Origin: Mobula hypostoma
Taxonomy: Eukaryota
Assembly (NCBI RefSeq): GCF_963921235.1
Contig: NC_086108.1
Location: 48,362,001 to 48,426,000 of the forward strand
Direction: 5' to 3'
DNA length: 64,000 nt
The notes under the pieces were generated by a model. It searched no databases. It saw only the letters and a program-made list of their open reading frames with translations, and had not been told where the DNA came from. Position numbers and translations under genes: made by a program. Positions 24,201-36,846 of this stretch are shown in pieces (position 1 is the first letter of the stretch; each line of letters starts with the position of its first letter).

Positions 24201-25338
24201 TTCAGATTTGTATTATCAGCCAGTCCAGATACCTCACTCATATCTTCATCCAACTCATTTATATAGGTTGTGAATAGTGGGGTTCCCCATTGCACAGCCC
24301 ATTTACTTCATTATTCTCTGCACTCCATCCATTAATTAATTTTAATTCCTTACTATGATGTTACTCCAATAACTTATGCTCTAATTTTGTGTAATGATGT
24401 ATTGAAGGTATTTTGAATATTCGCAAGTTCTATTTGAGATTTCTTGGCTTGATAACCATACATGCACTGAAAATTACAGCAAATAAAGTTTGCCACCTTC
24501 CCTATGAAACATAGGATAATTATCCTTTTGGAATGATCTCTTATAATTGTCATTAAGTGGCTGTGTCTTATACTTTCATTTTCATTCTCAATTTGCAAAA
24601 AAATATTCTGATTGTCATTCACATGAGGAGAATTTAAATATTCTGTGTGAATCAACAAAATAACCACAAATGATAGATTGATGAGTGAACAGCACTTGCA
24701 TCTCATTTTGATTGACAATTGTTCTCTTTATTTCTGTTTATTGATATTTTAAAAACCTTAAGCCCTAAGCCCTAGCTGTAAGTACAGCTGGATAGTGTCC
24801 TGTAATATTATACACCCAGAACTGGAAATTATATTGGTGAGCTGGTCACACACGCTGGTTGAACAGTGTTCAGAATAAAATGTTTTAGAGTTTTACCCAT
24901 GCTAAGTTTGTCTTTACTAAGAACAAACATAACACTGACCATTTATGACTGATACATCTTACAAAAAAATGTAACAATTTATTCAAAATGGGTTATACAT
25001 TTTTGAGTTAAGTACATCGACAGAAGTATTTTTGTTTTAATAGTTGTCTTTACTGAACTATAAAAAATAAAGAAACTAACATGCTGAAAGTAAAATAAAC
25101 ATCTCTATGAAATAAAAATAGTTAGAGCAAATTGAATGTTTTTTCTCTCCTTTCTACCTCTGTTCTAGTATTGTACTTTATATTCTGTAGGGTCTTCAGT
25201 TGCTTCTATTTTGAAAGGCAACATCTCTCAAACAATAAATTAAATTAAAACATTGAAGAAAGAAAACTGAAGACAGCTAAGTAAATATAACAATAATCAT
25301 GTTTTCTCTTTAGAGTTTAATTTGTTTTCACTTGACAG

Positions 25339-25620
25339 CCCGACCAATCATTCACAACAGCAGAAGTTATCCAACAGAAGTGATTGTTATCCGAAGAAAT
25401 GATGTTACCTTAGAATGCAAAGCCCAAGGGATTCCCCAACCTGCACTGACATGGCTGAAAGATGACCGCCCCCTTGTGAATGACAGAGGAGTGACCATTT
25501 TGAATGGTGGACAGCTACTGCAGATTAAGGATGCACATGTTTACCATACGGGGCGGTACACATGTGTGGCTGTGAATGTAGCAGGACAAGTTGAGAAGAA
25601 ATATGACCTCAACGTACATG
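25339..25620 (+). CDS. HMCN1: Hemicentin-1 exon 5, a complete Ig domain in one exon: (A)RPIIHNSRSYPTEVIVIRRNDVTLECKAQG...GRYTCVAVNVAGQVEKKYDLNVH
   Basis: ttgacag acceptor; ends CATG|gcaagt (GC donor), the only boundary giving the phase 1 required by the next exon; ORF 25332..25628. Confidence 0.9.
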
Positions 25621-26199
25621 GCAAGTAATATAGTTCATCTTTTGGCTAAACTGGAATGGACAAATTATTTCCCAATTCTTGGTTACAGGTTCCCACTAGC
25701 AGGGAAAGAAATAGATTCTGCCTAAGTGTTACATTTCCCAGGGTTCCTTGCTGTGCAGCCAGGGAGTTTTGTCAGTACAAACTCTTTCATCTGTACTCTT
25801 TTCCTCATATTGTAGTTTGATATTTAAAGTATGAGGGTTAGTCCTCTGGGTCAGCTGGTTAGTATTTGGCTTTCTGGATATGTCAATTACATATTATTCA
25901 CTATCTATTTGTCTGCAATTTTCTCTAAAATTGAGAGCAAAAGCTGATTTGAATCTCCTCAGCTTCATCAATACTTTCAGATTGAACTCAGTGGTTGACA
26001 AACATTATTGGCTGTTGAGACACCAATTAAGAGAACATTAAAGGAATTTAGTCTGACTGCAAAATCAGATCTAACAAGGGATAACCCTGGAACCAATGTG
26101 TGTGCATTTCTGCCAAAGGTTTAGATTAAATGTCCAGGCAATAATTATATAATTCAAATAATCTAATTGGAACTGTAAAACTTTCCTCAAATGGAATGC

Positions 26200-28030
26200 C
26201 ATCACCATTTTTTAAAATAAAAATCCAATCTTGCAGCTATGCTGAACAGTGAAAGGGAAACTGAGTGGAGTCCAAGCAAAGGGATGAGATTGGAGGGACT
26301 CACCTCAACGACATGGAGATGAGTTTTACAGCAATATTACAGAGCACATTACAGCAACATAGAGGTAGTAATGAAGGACAAAGAAAGGGTGGATGAACTT
26401 AATAAATATTTGGTGTCAGTCTTCACTGTGGAAGACAACAGCACAATGCTAGAAATTTGAGGGTCAGGGGCCAGAACTGAGTGTAGTTGCTATTACTAGG
26501 GAGAAGGCGCTTGGGAAGCTGGAAGGTCTGAAGGTAGATAAGTCACCTGGACCAGACGGACTACACCCCAGGGTTCTGAAAGAGTTAGCTGAAGAGATTG
26601 AGAAGACATTAGTAGTGATATTTTAAGAATTAATAGATTCTGGTGTGGTTCCAGAGGACTGGAAAATTGCTAATGTCACTTTACTCTTTAAGAAAAAATG
26701 GAGGCAAAATAAAAGAAGTTACAGGCCAGTTAGCCCGATTTCAATGCTCAAGAAGATGTTGGAGTCAATTATTAAGGATGAGGTTTCAGGGTACTTGGAG
26801 GTGCATGATAAAGTAGGCTGAAGTTAGCATAGCTTCCTTAAGAGGAAATCTTGCCTCACAAGTCTGTTGATATTCTTTAAGGAAATAACAGGCAGCATAG
26901 ACAAAGGAGAGTCAGTGGATGTTGTTTACTTGGATTTTCAGAAGGCCTTTAACAAGGTTCAGCACATGAGAACAAGATAAGAGCCCAAAGCATTACAGGA
27001 AAGACTCTAACATGGATAGAAGATTAGCTGCCTGGCAGGAGGCAAAGAGTGGGAATAACAAGGGCCTTTTCTGCTTGGCTGCTGGTGACTAGTGGTGTTC
27101 TGCAGGGGTCAGTGTTAGGAACCCTTCTTTCCATGTTATATGTCAGTGATGTGGATGATGGAATTGATGGCTTTGTGGCTAAGTTTGTGGATGTTACAAA
27201 GATGTGGGGGTGTTGTATTGCGATAGCACTGAGTCTGCAGAAGGATGGAAAAAGATTAGGAAATGGGCAAACTGTACTGTCATGCACTTTGGTAGAAAGA
27301 ATAAAGGCATTAGATTATTTTACAAACAGAGAGAAGCAAAGGGACTTGGGGTCCTCATGCAGGATTCCTTAAAAGTGGACTTACAGAGTGAGTCAATGGT
27401 AAGTAAGTTAAATGCAATGTTAGCATTCATTTTGAAATAACTAGAATATAAGCAAGCATGTAACGCCAAGGCATTATAGGACATTGGTCAGACTGCACTT
27501 GGAGTAATGTGAGTAGTTTTGGGCCCCTTATCTGAAAAAAGACACGACGGCATTGGACAGAGTCCAAAAAGATTCAGGAAAATGATTCCAGGAATGAAAG
27601 GGTTAACATAAGAGGAGCGTTTGATAGCTTGTAGACTGTACTCGCCAGAGTTCAGAAGAATGACAGGGAATCTTATTAAAACCTATTGAATATTGAAAGG
27701 CCTTGATGGAGTGGATGTGGAGAAGATGTTTCCTATGATGAGGGATTCTAGGGCCAGAGGGCACAACCTCAGATTAGAGGGATGTCTCTTTAGCCAAAGG
27801 GTGATGAATCTGTGGAATTCATTGCCACAGTTTGCTGTGGAGGCCAAGTCATTGGGTATACTTAAAGTGGAGGTTGATAGGTTCTTGATTAGTAAGGGCA
27901 TTAAAGGTTATGGGAACAAGGCAGGGGAATGGAGGAGTGAGAGATAATAAATCAGCCATGATCAAATAGCAAAGCAGATGCAATGGGCCAAATGGCCTAA
28001 TTCTTATCCTGTGTCTTATAGTCTTATTAA
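26200..28030 (+). mobile_element. CR1 LINE (RT region to 3' end), degenerate
   Basis: KSPGPDGLHPRVLKELAEEI, DWKIANVT, VYLDFQKAFNKV, SGVLQGSVLG, KFVDVTK, NLWNSLPQ; tail tcttatagtcttat. Confidence 0.9.
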
Positions 28031-28343
28031 TCAATCCTTGTCTCCTTTCACAGGATTTTGAAAACAAATTGTATTTTGAAAGCAAAGATATTAAAAAGAA
28101 AGATGGAAACATTTTAATGACAATATCTTAGAAATAATGAATTACTTATCTACATAATTTTGACCATGATCTTCAGTAAATGCTGATTATTAGTTCACAT
28201 AATTCTAACTCAGTTTCAAAGATGTTTAAAGAGTGGTATCTTTCACTGTTGATCAGTAAGACAAGTCTATCTGGATTTTGTAATGACATCTTTATTGCAT
28301 AAATATAACTTTTATCACACGGTCTTCATGTTCTTTCTCTTAG

Positions 28344-28511
28344 TGCCACCAAGTATTAGTGGAGCCTTGGGAGTACCAGAGAATGTCAGTGTTCTGGTTA
28401 AAAATCCAGTTATATTGATCTGTGAAGCTTCAGGCATTCCACTTCCATCAATCACATGGCTAAAAGATGGACAGCCAATCAGTCTGAGCAATGCTTTGAG
28501 AATACTCTCAG
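28344..28511 (+). CDS. HMCN1: Hemicentin-1 exon 6: (V)PPSISGALGVPENVSVLVKNPVILICEASGIPLPSITWLKDGQPISLSNALRILS(G)
   Basis: ctcttag acceptor, G|gtaagc donor, phase 1 to 1. Confidence 0.92.
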
Positions 28512-28959
28512 GTAAGCTTTGTATCACAAAGCAGTACTTGCATGTTTTTACAAAAGATTAGGCATTAAGGCTAATTTGAAGTTTGACATGAATCTTAACA
28601 GCAGAACTGTACCATTTTTGCATGCACCAGTAAATGCTCGGCAATAAAGTGCCATCACTTTTCCATGATATTGAAATGGTGTGAGCAAACCATTCATTTT
28701 GTGAACAATAGAGAGAAATCTGTACAAAGCCCTGATCTGGCCAGCTTCTTCATCGGTCTAGCACAATTCTTTTGTCCGCTATTAGATTTACTACCAATCT
28801 TGCTGTAACTTCAGCCTCTACCAGATTCACTGAAGCAGATTTATTGTAAAATAATCCTAACAAGATTTTAGGTATTTCTTTCAAGAAATTGATAACAAAG
28901 TTAAATTCTAGGATTGCTTCTGTGGATCAGACAACAGCAAATGGAGGCAGAGCGAAAGC

Positions 28960-31090
28960 AGTAATGTACTAGCATAATATCATCGGCAAGCAACATGAAG
29001 GATGTAATGATGAAATGGTATGATTAAGAAGAGCCAACATGGATTTATGAAAGAAAAGTCATGATTGACTAGTGTGCTGGTGTTTTTTTTAAGGATATGG
29101 CCAGTAGTTACAGCTATAGAGAAGCAGTGGATATAGTGAATTTGGATTTTGATACAGCTTTTAATAAAGTCCCACACAAGAGAGCGGAGAATTGTGCATT
29201 TGGATCCTTGATTTCCTCACTAGCAGACCCCAGTCAGTTGGATTGGCAACATCTCAACATCTCCTCCGCGATCTCCATCATCTCAGGTGCACCACAAGGC
29301 TGTGTGCTTAGCTCTCTGCTCTACTAACTTCACACTTGTGACTATGTGGCTAAGCATGGTACCAATCTCATATTCAAGTTTACTGATGACACCACTGTCG
29401 TAGGACAAATCAAAGGTGGTGATGAATCAGCATATAGGAAAGAGATTTAAAGTCTGACTGACTGAGTGATGCTATAACAGCAACCTCTCACTCAGTGTCA
29501 GCAAGACCAAGGAGCTGATTATTGACTTCATGAGGAAGAAAATAGATGTCCATGAGCCAGACCTCATTTGGGGGATCAGAGGTGGAGGGGGTCAGGAACT
29601 TTAAATTCCTCAGTGCTATCATTTCAGAGGACCTGTCCTGGGCCCAGCACATAAGTGCAATTGCGAAGACACTCAACAGTGCCTATCCTTCCTTAGGAGT
29701 TTGCAAAGATTTGGCATGACATCTAAAACTTTGACAAACTTCGACAAACTTCTGTAGCTGTGTAGTGGTGAGTATATTGACTGGCTGCATCACAGCCTGG
29801 TATGGAGACACCAACGTTTTTGAATGGAAAATCCTACAAAAAGTAGTGGATATAGCTCAGTCAATCACAGGTAAAGCTCTCCTCACCATTGAGCATATCT
29901 ACACAAAGCATTATTGCGGGAAAGCAGCATCCATAGTCAAGGACTCCACCATGCTCTCTTCTCAGTGCTGCCATCAGGAAGAAGGTACAGGAGCCTTAGG
30001 ACTCACACCACCAGGTTCAGGAACAGTTATTACTCCTCAACCATCAGGCTCTTGAACCAGTGGGGATAACTTCACTTGACCTATCACTGAACAGCTCCTA
30101 CAACCTATGGACTCACTTTCAAGGACTCTTCATCATATGTTCTTCAGATATTTATTGCTTATTTGGTTGTTTATGTTATTTCTTTCTTTTTGTATGTGCA
30201 TAGTTTGTTGTCTTTTGCACACTGATTGAACAAAAGACAAATGGTCTTTTACTGATTCTGTTATTTTATTATGGATTTATAGAGTATGCCCACAAGAAAA
30301 TGAATCTTGGGATTGTATATGGTAACATATATGTACTTTGATAATACATTTACTTTGGACTTTGAACTTAGAACAAGGACAAAGCAAACAGAAATAGAGA
30401 TAACATGATGATATTAATTGAGAGTTGGTTGTTGGACAGAAACCAAAGGATGGGAATAAACGGATTCTTCCAGGTTGGCCATCTGTGACTGGTAGGATAC
30501 CATATGGATCTGTAGCTAGGGCTCCGCTATTCACAATCAACATTAGTGTTTTGGCTGAGGGGATCAAATGTCGTAGTCCCATACTTGCTGATGATTCAAC
30601 GCGTTGGGATTTGTGAGGAGGAAGGAGGATGTAAAGAGGCTTCATATTTTGTAAATGGGCAAGAATTGTGGCATATGTAATATAATGTGGAAAAAATGGG
30701 AAACTATCCATTTTGGTGTACAAACAGGAAAGCATCTACCAAAAATTTAAATGGGACGAGACTGAGTGATGTTAAATTTCAAACAGTCATTGTTCACAGG
30801 TTGCTAAAAGCCAGGAAGTTATTAGGACGCAATGGTTGCCTTTAATAGGAGATGACTGATGTGCAGGAATAAAGATATCTTATTGCAGTTATGCAGGGTA
30901 TTGATGAGACCGCACCTGAAGAATTGTTTACAGTGTGGGTCTCCTGATATGAAAAAGGATACATTTGCCATTGAGAGAGTGTAGTGAAAATTCCCTCGAT
31001 AGCATAGCATGGGGTGGAACATAAACCGTTACCTAGATAAATAGCAGGGCAGGCTTGAAAGGCCTTCTGTTTCCCTCCTGCTCCCTTTTT
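28960..31090 (+). mobile_element. CR1 RT remnant split by a Rex1/Babar insertion
   Basis: SQHGFMKEKS*LT..VNLDFDTAFNKVPH before 29191; IESWLLDRNQR...SVTG.IPYGS..LADD after 30370. Confidence 0.7.
29192..30369 (+). mobile_element. Rex1/Babar 3' half inserted in CR1
   Basis: LCIWILDFLTSRPQS, GAPQGCVLSSLLY, KFTDDT, SILTGCITAWYG; tail tttactttggactttgaactt; possible AGAA duplication at the junctions. Confidence 0.8.
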
Positions 31091-31255
31091 AATGTTGTTT
31101 CTTCTGTCTTAAAGTTTAGTCAGAATTATTTTGGAGACTCCACTTCAACATTGTTAGAAAGTCTGCGATATGTGCTACATTCTGCTATATTGCATTTATT
31201 TTTGTGGTTGTAATGGCTGACTTTAAGTAACATTTGACATTTTATTTTCCAATAG

Positions 31256-31369
31256 GAGGTCGCATACTACGCTTGATTCATGCAGCAGAGGAAAATTCTG
31301 GACTGTATTCCTGTGTGGTCACAAATGCTGCAGGGGAAGAGATCAAAAGCTTTGACCTCAACGTCTTAG
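31256..31369 (+). CDS. HMCN1: Hemicentin-1 exon 7: (G)GRILRLIHAAEENSGLYSCVVTNAAGEEIKSFDLNVL
   Basis: caatag acceptor, G|gtatga donor, phase 1 to 1. Confidence 0.92.
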
Positions 31370-31524
31370 GTATGAGAGCAAAAATAATTCAACAAATCAA
31401 CTTCCACTTACTTGCCTCCTGATCACACTGCAAAACCTGTCAGTGACAATATAAATCAAACAAACCTTCATGGTATTGTGAAAATGGGGTAACAGCCAAA
31501 TGTTTAAACATTTACCAGTGCTTG

Positions 31525-31634
31525 TGGGAGGAGTGGCGCCCCACACAGCCTTTCGAACTGTGCCTTGTAAGGCATGAAAATGCCCGACGCTGGCCTCTCA
31601 AGTCTGAGTCGACATCATCATCATCATCATCATC
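31525..31634 (+). mobile_element. 110-bp 5'-truncated non-LTR retroelement with an (ATC)7 tail
   Basis: Perfect 11-bp TSD ACCAGTGCTTG (31514-31524 and 31635-31645); ATC microsatellite tail at 31614-31634. Confidence 0.8.
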
Positions 31635-32363
31635 ACCAGTGCTTGAACCATGCTTGGAAAACGTCATCCCACTTATGTGAGATGATGCTCCAGGAATGTT
31701 GCCTCCTTATGAAAGCTCGACTGTTCGGGCTTCATTTTCAATAACATAAAAAAAATTCAAGGCTCATTTTTCATTGTCATTTTTTAGTTTCATCGGAGCT
31801 GCTGAACTACCAGGATTCCTTTCTACAAATCAATTATACATTGGGATGGATGCTTTAGTCAGTACTTACGAAATGATACTCACCATTCACTGCATTGGCA
31901 ATTAATAACAAAGTTGTTTTGGGCTCTTGCACAAAGATATTCAGGGTCAGGCATTTGCCCCCCTATAGCAACCTCAACCTGGCATCTGTGAGTAGGGTAA
32001 GAATAGCAAGCCCTGACAATCCAATGGATTGAAAACTCTTCCAAGAGACTGGGAGAGTATAAACTAGAAAATATATGTAGGAATTAGAAATTAGATTACT
32101 GTAAATCAGGAGACATTAAGTTAAGCCTCTTCAGCTGGGTGGATGAAATCATACACATACATGAAAAGATGAAGTTCCAAGAAATGTTGCTTCCTTGACC
32201 AAAATTACCAAATATATTTATTCAATTAATACGATGAGGAAACCTTGCTCCGAGCAATTTGACTGCTGTATTTGCCAACAGGTCAGCAATTTATGAAGAG
32301 ATATAAAGTGTTTCTATTTGCTGCACTATAGTATTTAATTCCATTACTCTTGTCTGTAAATAG

Positions 32364-32450
32364 TACCACCCAGCATAGTTAATGAAGATAAGATAGAAGA
32401 TGCGAAAGTCAAGGAGAATCAGAGTATTACACTCTCTTGTGAGGTTTCAG
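32364..32450 (+). CDS. HMCN1: Hemicentin-1 exon 8: (V)PPSIVNEDKIEDAKVKENQSITLSCEVS(G)
   Basis: aaatag acceptor, CAG|gtaagc donor, phase 1 to 1; not in the ORF track. Confidence 0.9.
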
Positions 32451-32960
32451 GTAAGCACACAAACGATTCTGAGATGAGCTGCTTGTTAACCTGGCTGGTA
32501 AAAGTTATGATTTATGTGTGATGCCGGTGCACGAGTACACGCTGAACAACATTCTGAGCATGTGAAGCAGAGGCATGAAGAATGTTTGTGGCATCTTTTA
32601 GAATTATGTATGTGTTATGCAGCCAAAGCCTTGCAGAGACGTTACATTCCCATGTGCACCCCACATAAAGGATGAAAAATTATTATGATTGTAATATTCC
32701 AGTCCACACAGCCAGTTCATTTATTTCTATGTTAGAAACATGTGAATAAGCTTTTTTTTTTAACTGATGGCAAAACTAGGCATTTTCTTTTCAGCTAATC
32801 CATCCAACATTCCACAAAAGTATCACTGTATATTGTTAGGAATTAATATACTAATAGTTTTAAGTAAATGTCTATATATGTAGATGTGCTACTGCTGTTT
32901 GATCAAAGATAATAATTACATGTACTACTAATCATTTACAAAGCTCTTTTTCATGAAAAG

Positions 32961-33149
32961 GTAATCCGGTTCCACAAATAAAATGGCTGAAAGATGGTGA
33001 ACTTCTGACTGAAGATCAGCATCAGATCCTCTCCAGTGGGCGTTTTCTACAGATTGAAAAGGCACATGTGTCTGACACCGGTCGATATACTTGCATAGCC
33101 TTTAACACAGCAGGACGCAAGAACAAGAACTTCAACCTAAATGTGCTAG
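32961..33149 (+). CDS. HMCN1: Hemicentin-1 exon 9: (G)NPVPQIKWLKDGELLTEDQHQILSSGRFLQIEKAHVSDTGRYTCIAFNTAGRKNKNFNLNVL
   Basis: Weak tcatgaaaag acceptor, G|gttggt donor, phase 1 to 1; completes the Ig domain begun in exon 8. Confidence 0.9.
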
Positions 33150-33374
33150 GTTGGTACACTTAACACAGTTCCTCGAATTTTAAACCCACTAGACAAGATA
33201 AAACTTCCCTAGATTTCTAGGTATCTATGCATTTGAACTTCTCAGAGTGAAGGCATTTAATTAAAAGAGTGCCTTGTTGTCACCAGTCATCTGACATTGG
33301 TACTTAAGCAATTTTGATATAACTCAAGCTCATATATGTGTCAGAAAGTGTTTGTTTGTTTCTTTCTTTCTTTC

Positions 33375-33595
33375 TTTGTTTATTGAGATACAGCATGGAT
33401 TAGGCCCTTCAAGCTGGGCTGCCCAGCAACCCCCGATTTAGTCGTAGCTTAATCATGGGACACTTTACAATGACCAATTAACCTATCAACTGGTATGTCT
33501 TTAAACTGTGGGAGGAAACTGGAGCACCCAGAGGAAACCCACGTGGTCACAGGGAGAATGTACAAGCTCCTTACAAACAACAGTTGGAATTGATG
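33375..33595 (-). mobile_element. V-SINE (HE1-like), 5'-truncated
   Basis: V-core tgtgggaggaaactggagcacccagaggaaaccc; CR1-like tail next to a (TTTC)n tract. Confidence 0.75.
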
Positions 33596-35021
33596 ACTCT
33601 GACTTTTCATTTCTAAAGAGCAAAGTAGGGATTAGTCATTAACTGGGTACACTATTCAGGTAAATAGTTTTTATAGAATGAGAATGATGAAATTTTACTT
33701 TGAACAGAGCTTTGGCCTACAAGTAGTAGGTCTGCAACGCCTAAAACTATTGGACATTATGATCTTGTTCTATTGGACCTAAAGTATTATTGTCAAATCT
33801 ACCAGAATCTGGATTGCATTTCTCAGCTCTGCTTCTTGGAGCCCATGAGATTGAAGCATCACATTGCTGGCTGCTGCCCAGGTAACAAGTTCCAGACGTT
33901 GTCTCCAGTGCCCCCATTCCCTTCTCCCTGCTGCAGTAGGAGAGGGTGATGGTGGGAAAGATGTTGAAAAGTGAAGGTATGAACAGAAAAGTAGAGGTCC
34001 GGAAATGAGAGTTTAGGAGTTGAGAACTTGGGGAGGGGGCTATGGAATGGAGATTGATGGTTTGGGCTTTGGGAAATGGGGCTGGGACCTCAGGTAACCA
34101 TGGAGATAAGGTTCTAAGGAAGGACATGAGGATGAGCTTTGAGTGAGGGTTGAAAAGTCCAACAACAGGAGAGATGGGTACTGGGATGGAAGATGAGGAA
34201 ACAGGAACTCAAGGACGGAAACTGATGAAAACTGAAGCTTTACCTGCCCCTGATTTTGTTTATCACTGCCAGAAAACTGAGGATCTTGCACAGTGATTGC
34301 TAGTGTACAGGCAAAGTTACTCAGCCATACGAGAGCATCTGCAGTCTTTTGCTTCAGGACAACTGTCATTTGACCAGTAATATATCCAACCAGTATAGGC
34401 ACAGTAGTTTGAGGTTTTCTCTTGTGTCTGTGTTGTGAAGATGGGAAGAACCTAGGAAACAAGAAATTTACTCTGTTCTTAACTGTACAAAGCTTATCAC
34501 AATGCAAAAAAGGCCTGTCAAACATAATGTTCTGTTGACAAGGTAGGCAGTTGGGACATTCTAGATTGTGCTAAATTTTCACGAGGACCATCCAGCTTAC
34601 CTGCATTGGCCCACAAATGCTGTATGTAGCCACCCTATATGTGTTCATGGCTTGACTTCAGCACTCCAGTGATGTCAGTGTTCTTCGTGTCCTTAAGTAA
34701 TACCCTAAAATAATGAGTTAGTGTGGGAAGTTAAAATGTTTGATTAAAGATAAATGTAACATCTGATGAGATTTCAGGAATCATTAAGGAACCATTTTGA
34801 TGGCACCTATAATATTTTTCTGCTATAAAATATATTCAACATTTATTTTTAATTCTACCATAGCTAGAGCTTGAATGAAAAGCAGAAAATGCTGGAAAAA
34901 TTCAGCAGGTCTGACATCATCTGTGGAGAGAGAAACAAGTCAACAATTTGGTTTTGAGACCTTTCTTCCGAGTTTGAATCAGTTTAAAAACTTATTTTCA
35001 GTTTCCTTGTTCACCATTTAG

Positions 35022-35195
35022 TGTCTCCTAAAATTCCTGGCGTTGACAGACAAGGCATTCCAGAGGAAGTCACAGTTATTCTGAATAACCCCATCTCCCT
35101 TGTGTGTGAGGCACAATCATACCCACCTGCAATTATCACCTGGCTTAAAGATGGAGCACCTTTCGAATCCAACAATCATGTGCAGATTCTTCCAG
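35022..35195 (+). CDS. HMCN1: Hemicentin-1 exon 10: (V)SPKIPGVDRQGIPEEVTVILNNPISLVCEAQSYPPAIITWLKDGAPFESNNHVQILP(G)
   Basis: catttag acceptor, G|gtaaat donor, phase 1 to 1. Confidence 0.92.
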
Positions 35196-36421
35196 GTAAA
35201 TAAAAGAATATTAGAACCAAGTTTATAATTATATCACGCAAATTATTAAATCATGCAGAGCAGGTGAGTTGGAATAATGATCCCCAAGGAGCTGAATGCC
35301 ACTTGCTTTTGTTTTGATAGGTAACTATAGGTAGATGTTTAATTTTTCGACTCTAATGGGAAATACTCAAGGCTTGCTTCAGGTGGTGGCTCTCAACTTA
35401 GTCACAAGCTCTTGGTTTAAGCTTCCTTTTATGGCCAGAGTGCTTGAGCCATACTTTTTATTGGTTCCAAGGGCTTCTCTGCTTCTTAAAGATTAGAGTG
35501 AATGACAAATATTCCAGATCATGACGACAGCTAGCTGATAATTCCATAGGGAACTGCCTACTAACTGTAGTGTGTGAATCAGCACGTTTCAGTTTGTGAG
35601 TTAGGAACTTGTTGTAGCTCCTACGCTTGTTTATGTGATCTCCCACTTGCTGCTGAGCTCAAGACGGACTCTAGAGATAATGGGTATCAGGCTGGATTGA
35701 GTTTTCAGTATAATTTAAAAAATCTTTCAGTTAGTTTTATTTGTCTTTGATTATCAGAGGCATTCAAAAAACAGTTAACAATACCTCAATACAAGCTCTA
35801 CTTCCCAGTACAGCCATGGCAGTGAGACCTGGAGAACAGTTTAATTTGTGGGGCTGTAAAACATTAGTTTTGTCATAGGAATGGAGTAAAGCTGATGGCG
35901 ATGGGTTTGATAAGTGGGCCAGATCAAATTCACATTGTACCAGTATCAGTGTATGGCTTCTAGAGAGCAACGTGCCATTCTGCAGTGTAGCCATCATCTC
36001 AGAGGTTTGAGCTCTAAAACATTCTGAACACTTAACTTGGTCATACAGCCAAACCATCCTTTTGGCATCCCCTTCAAAAAATTTCTGCCGGATCAATTGG
36101 CCCTTTATCGACCAAGTTCAGATGATTGGTGAAGTTGTTGGCTCTAAGCTGGCACACCCAAGTGAAAAACATTAACAATTCTGAAGTTCAGTTAAGCAGT
36201 TTGTTTACTGAATATTATTCACTAGTATTTCATTTCAGAAATAATATAACCCATTATCATACCCAAGTCAGCATTCTGGTAGATTTCATACATGGAAGAC
36301 AGGAGGTCCCTGTCCTGTATTGTTGTGATTGGTTCATGCTGAATCTTCGCACTAATCAAGTCATGACTTTCACTGATTACAATATACTCAGATATTCCCC
36401 TGTTCTTCTTCCTAATGTCAG

Positions 36422-36535
36422 GCGGGCGAACGCTTCAAATTCTCAAAGCTCAGGAGAAGGATGCTGGAAGATATACTTGTATTGCTACTAATGAGGCTGG
36501 AGAAATGCTAAAAAATTATGAAGTGAAGGTCTACA
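36422..36535 (+). CDS. HMCN1: Hemicentin-1 exon 11: (G)[37 protein letters not shown]
   Basis: tgtcag acceptor, A|gtaagt donor, phase 1 to 1. Confidence 0.92.
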
Positions 36536-36700
36536 GTAAGTGTTTACAATGTGGATCACTTATTCTGAAAAACTGTGACAGACCTAATAGGTTAGCAAGC
36601 AGTCAATACAGTAAATAAGATCATGTTGAATTTTGCTGGTGTCCACTTTATTCAGGAAGCTGGGTGTATAATGACTTGCTGTTCCATTTAATTTTCCTAG

Positions 36701-36846
36701 TTCCTCCTACTATCAACAAAGATGATATCCCGGATTTTGGTCTGTCACCGAAAGAAGTTAAGATAAAAGTAAACAGCACCCTGACTCTCGAGTGTGAATC
36801 TTACGCAATTCCAGCAGCCACACTTCACTGGTACAAAGATGGACAG
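36701..36846 (+). CDS. HMCN1: Hemicentin-1 exon 12: (I)[48 protein letters not shown]
   Basis: ttcctag acceptor, CAG|gtgtgt donor, phase 1 to 0; [23 protein letters not shown] resembles HMCN1. Confidence 0.92.
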
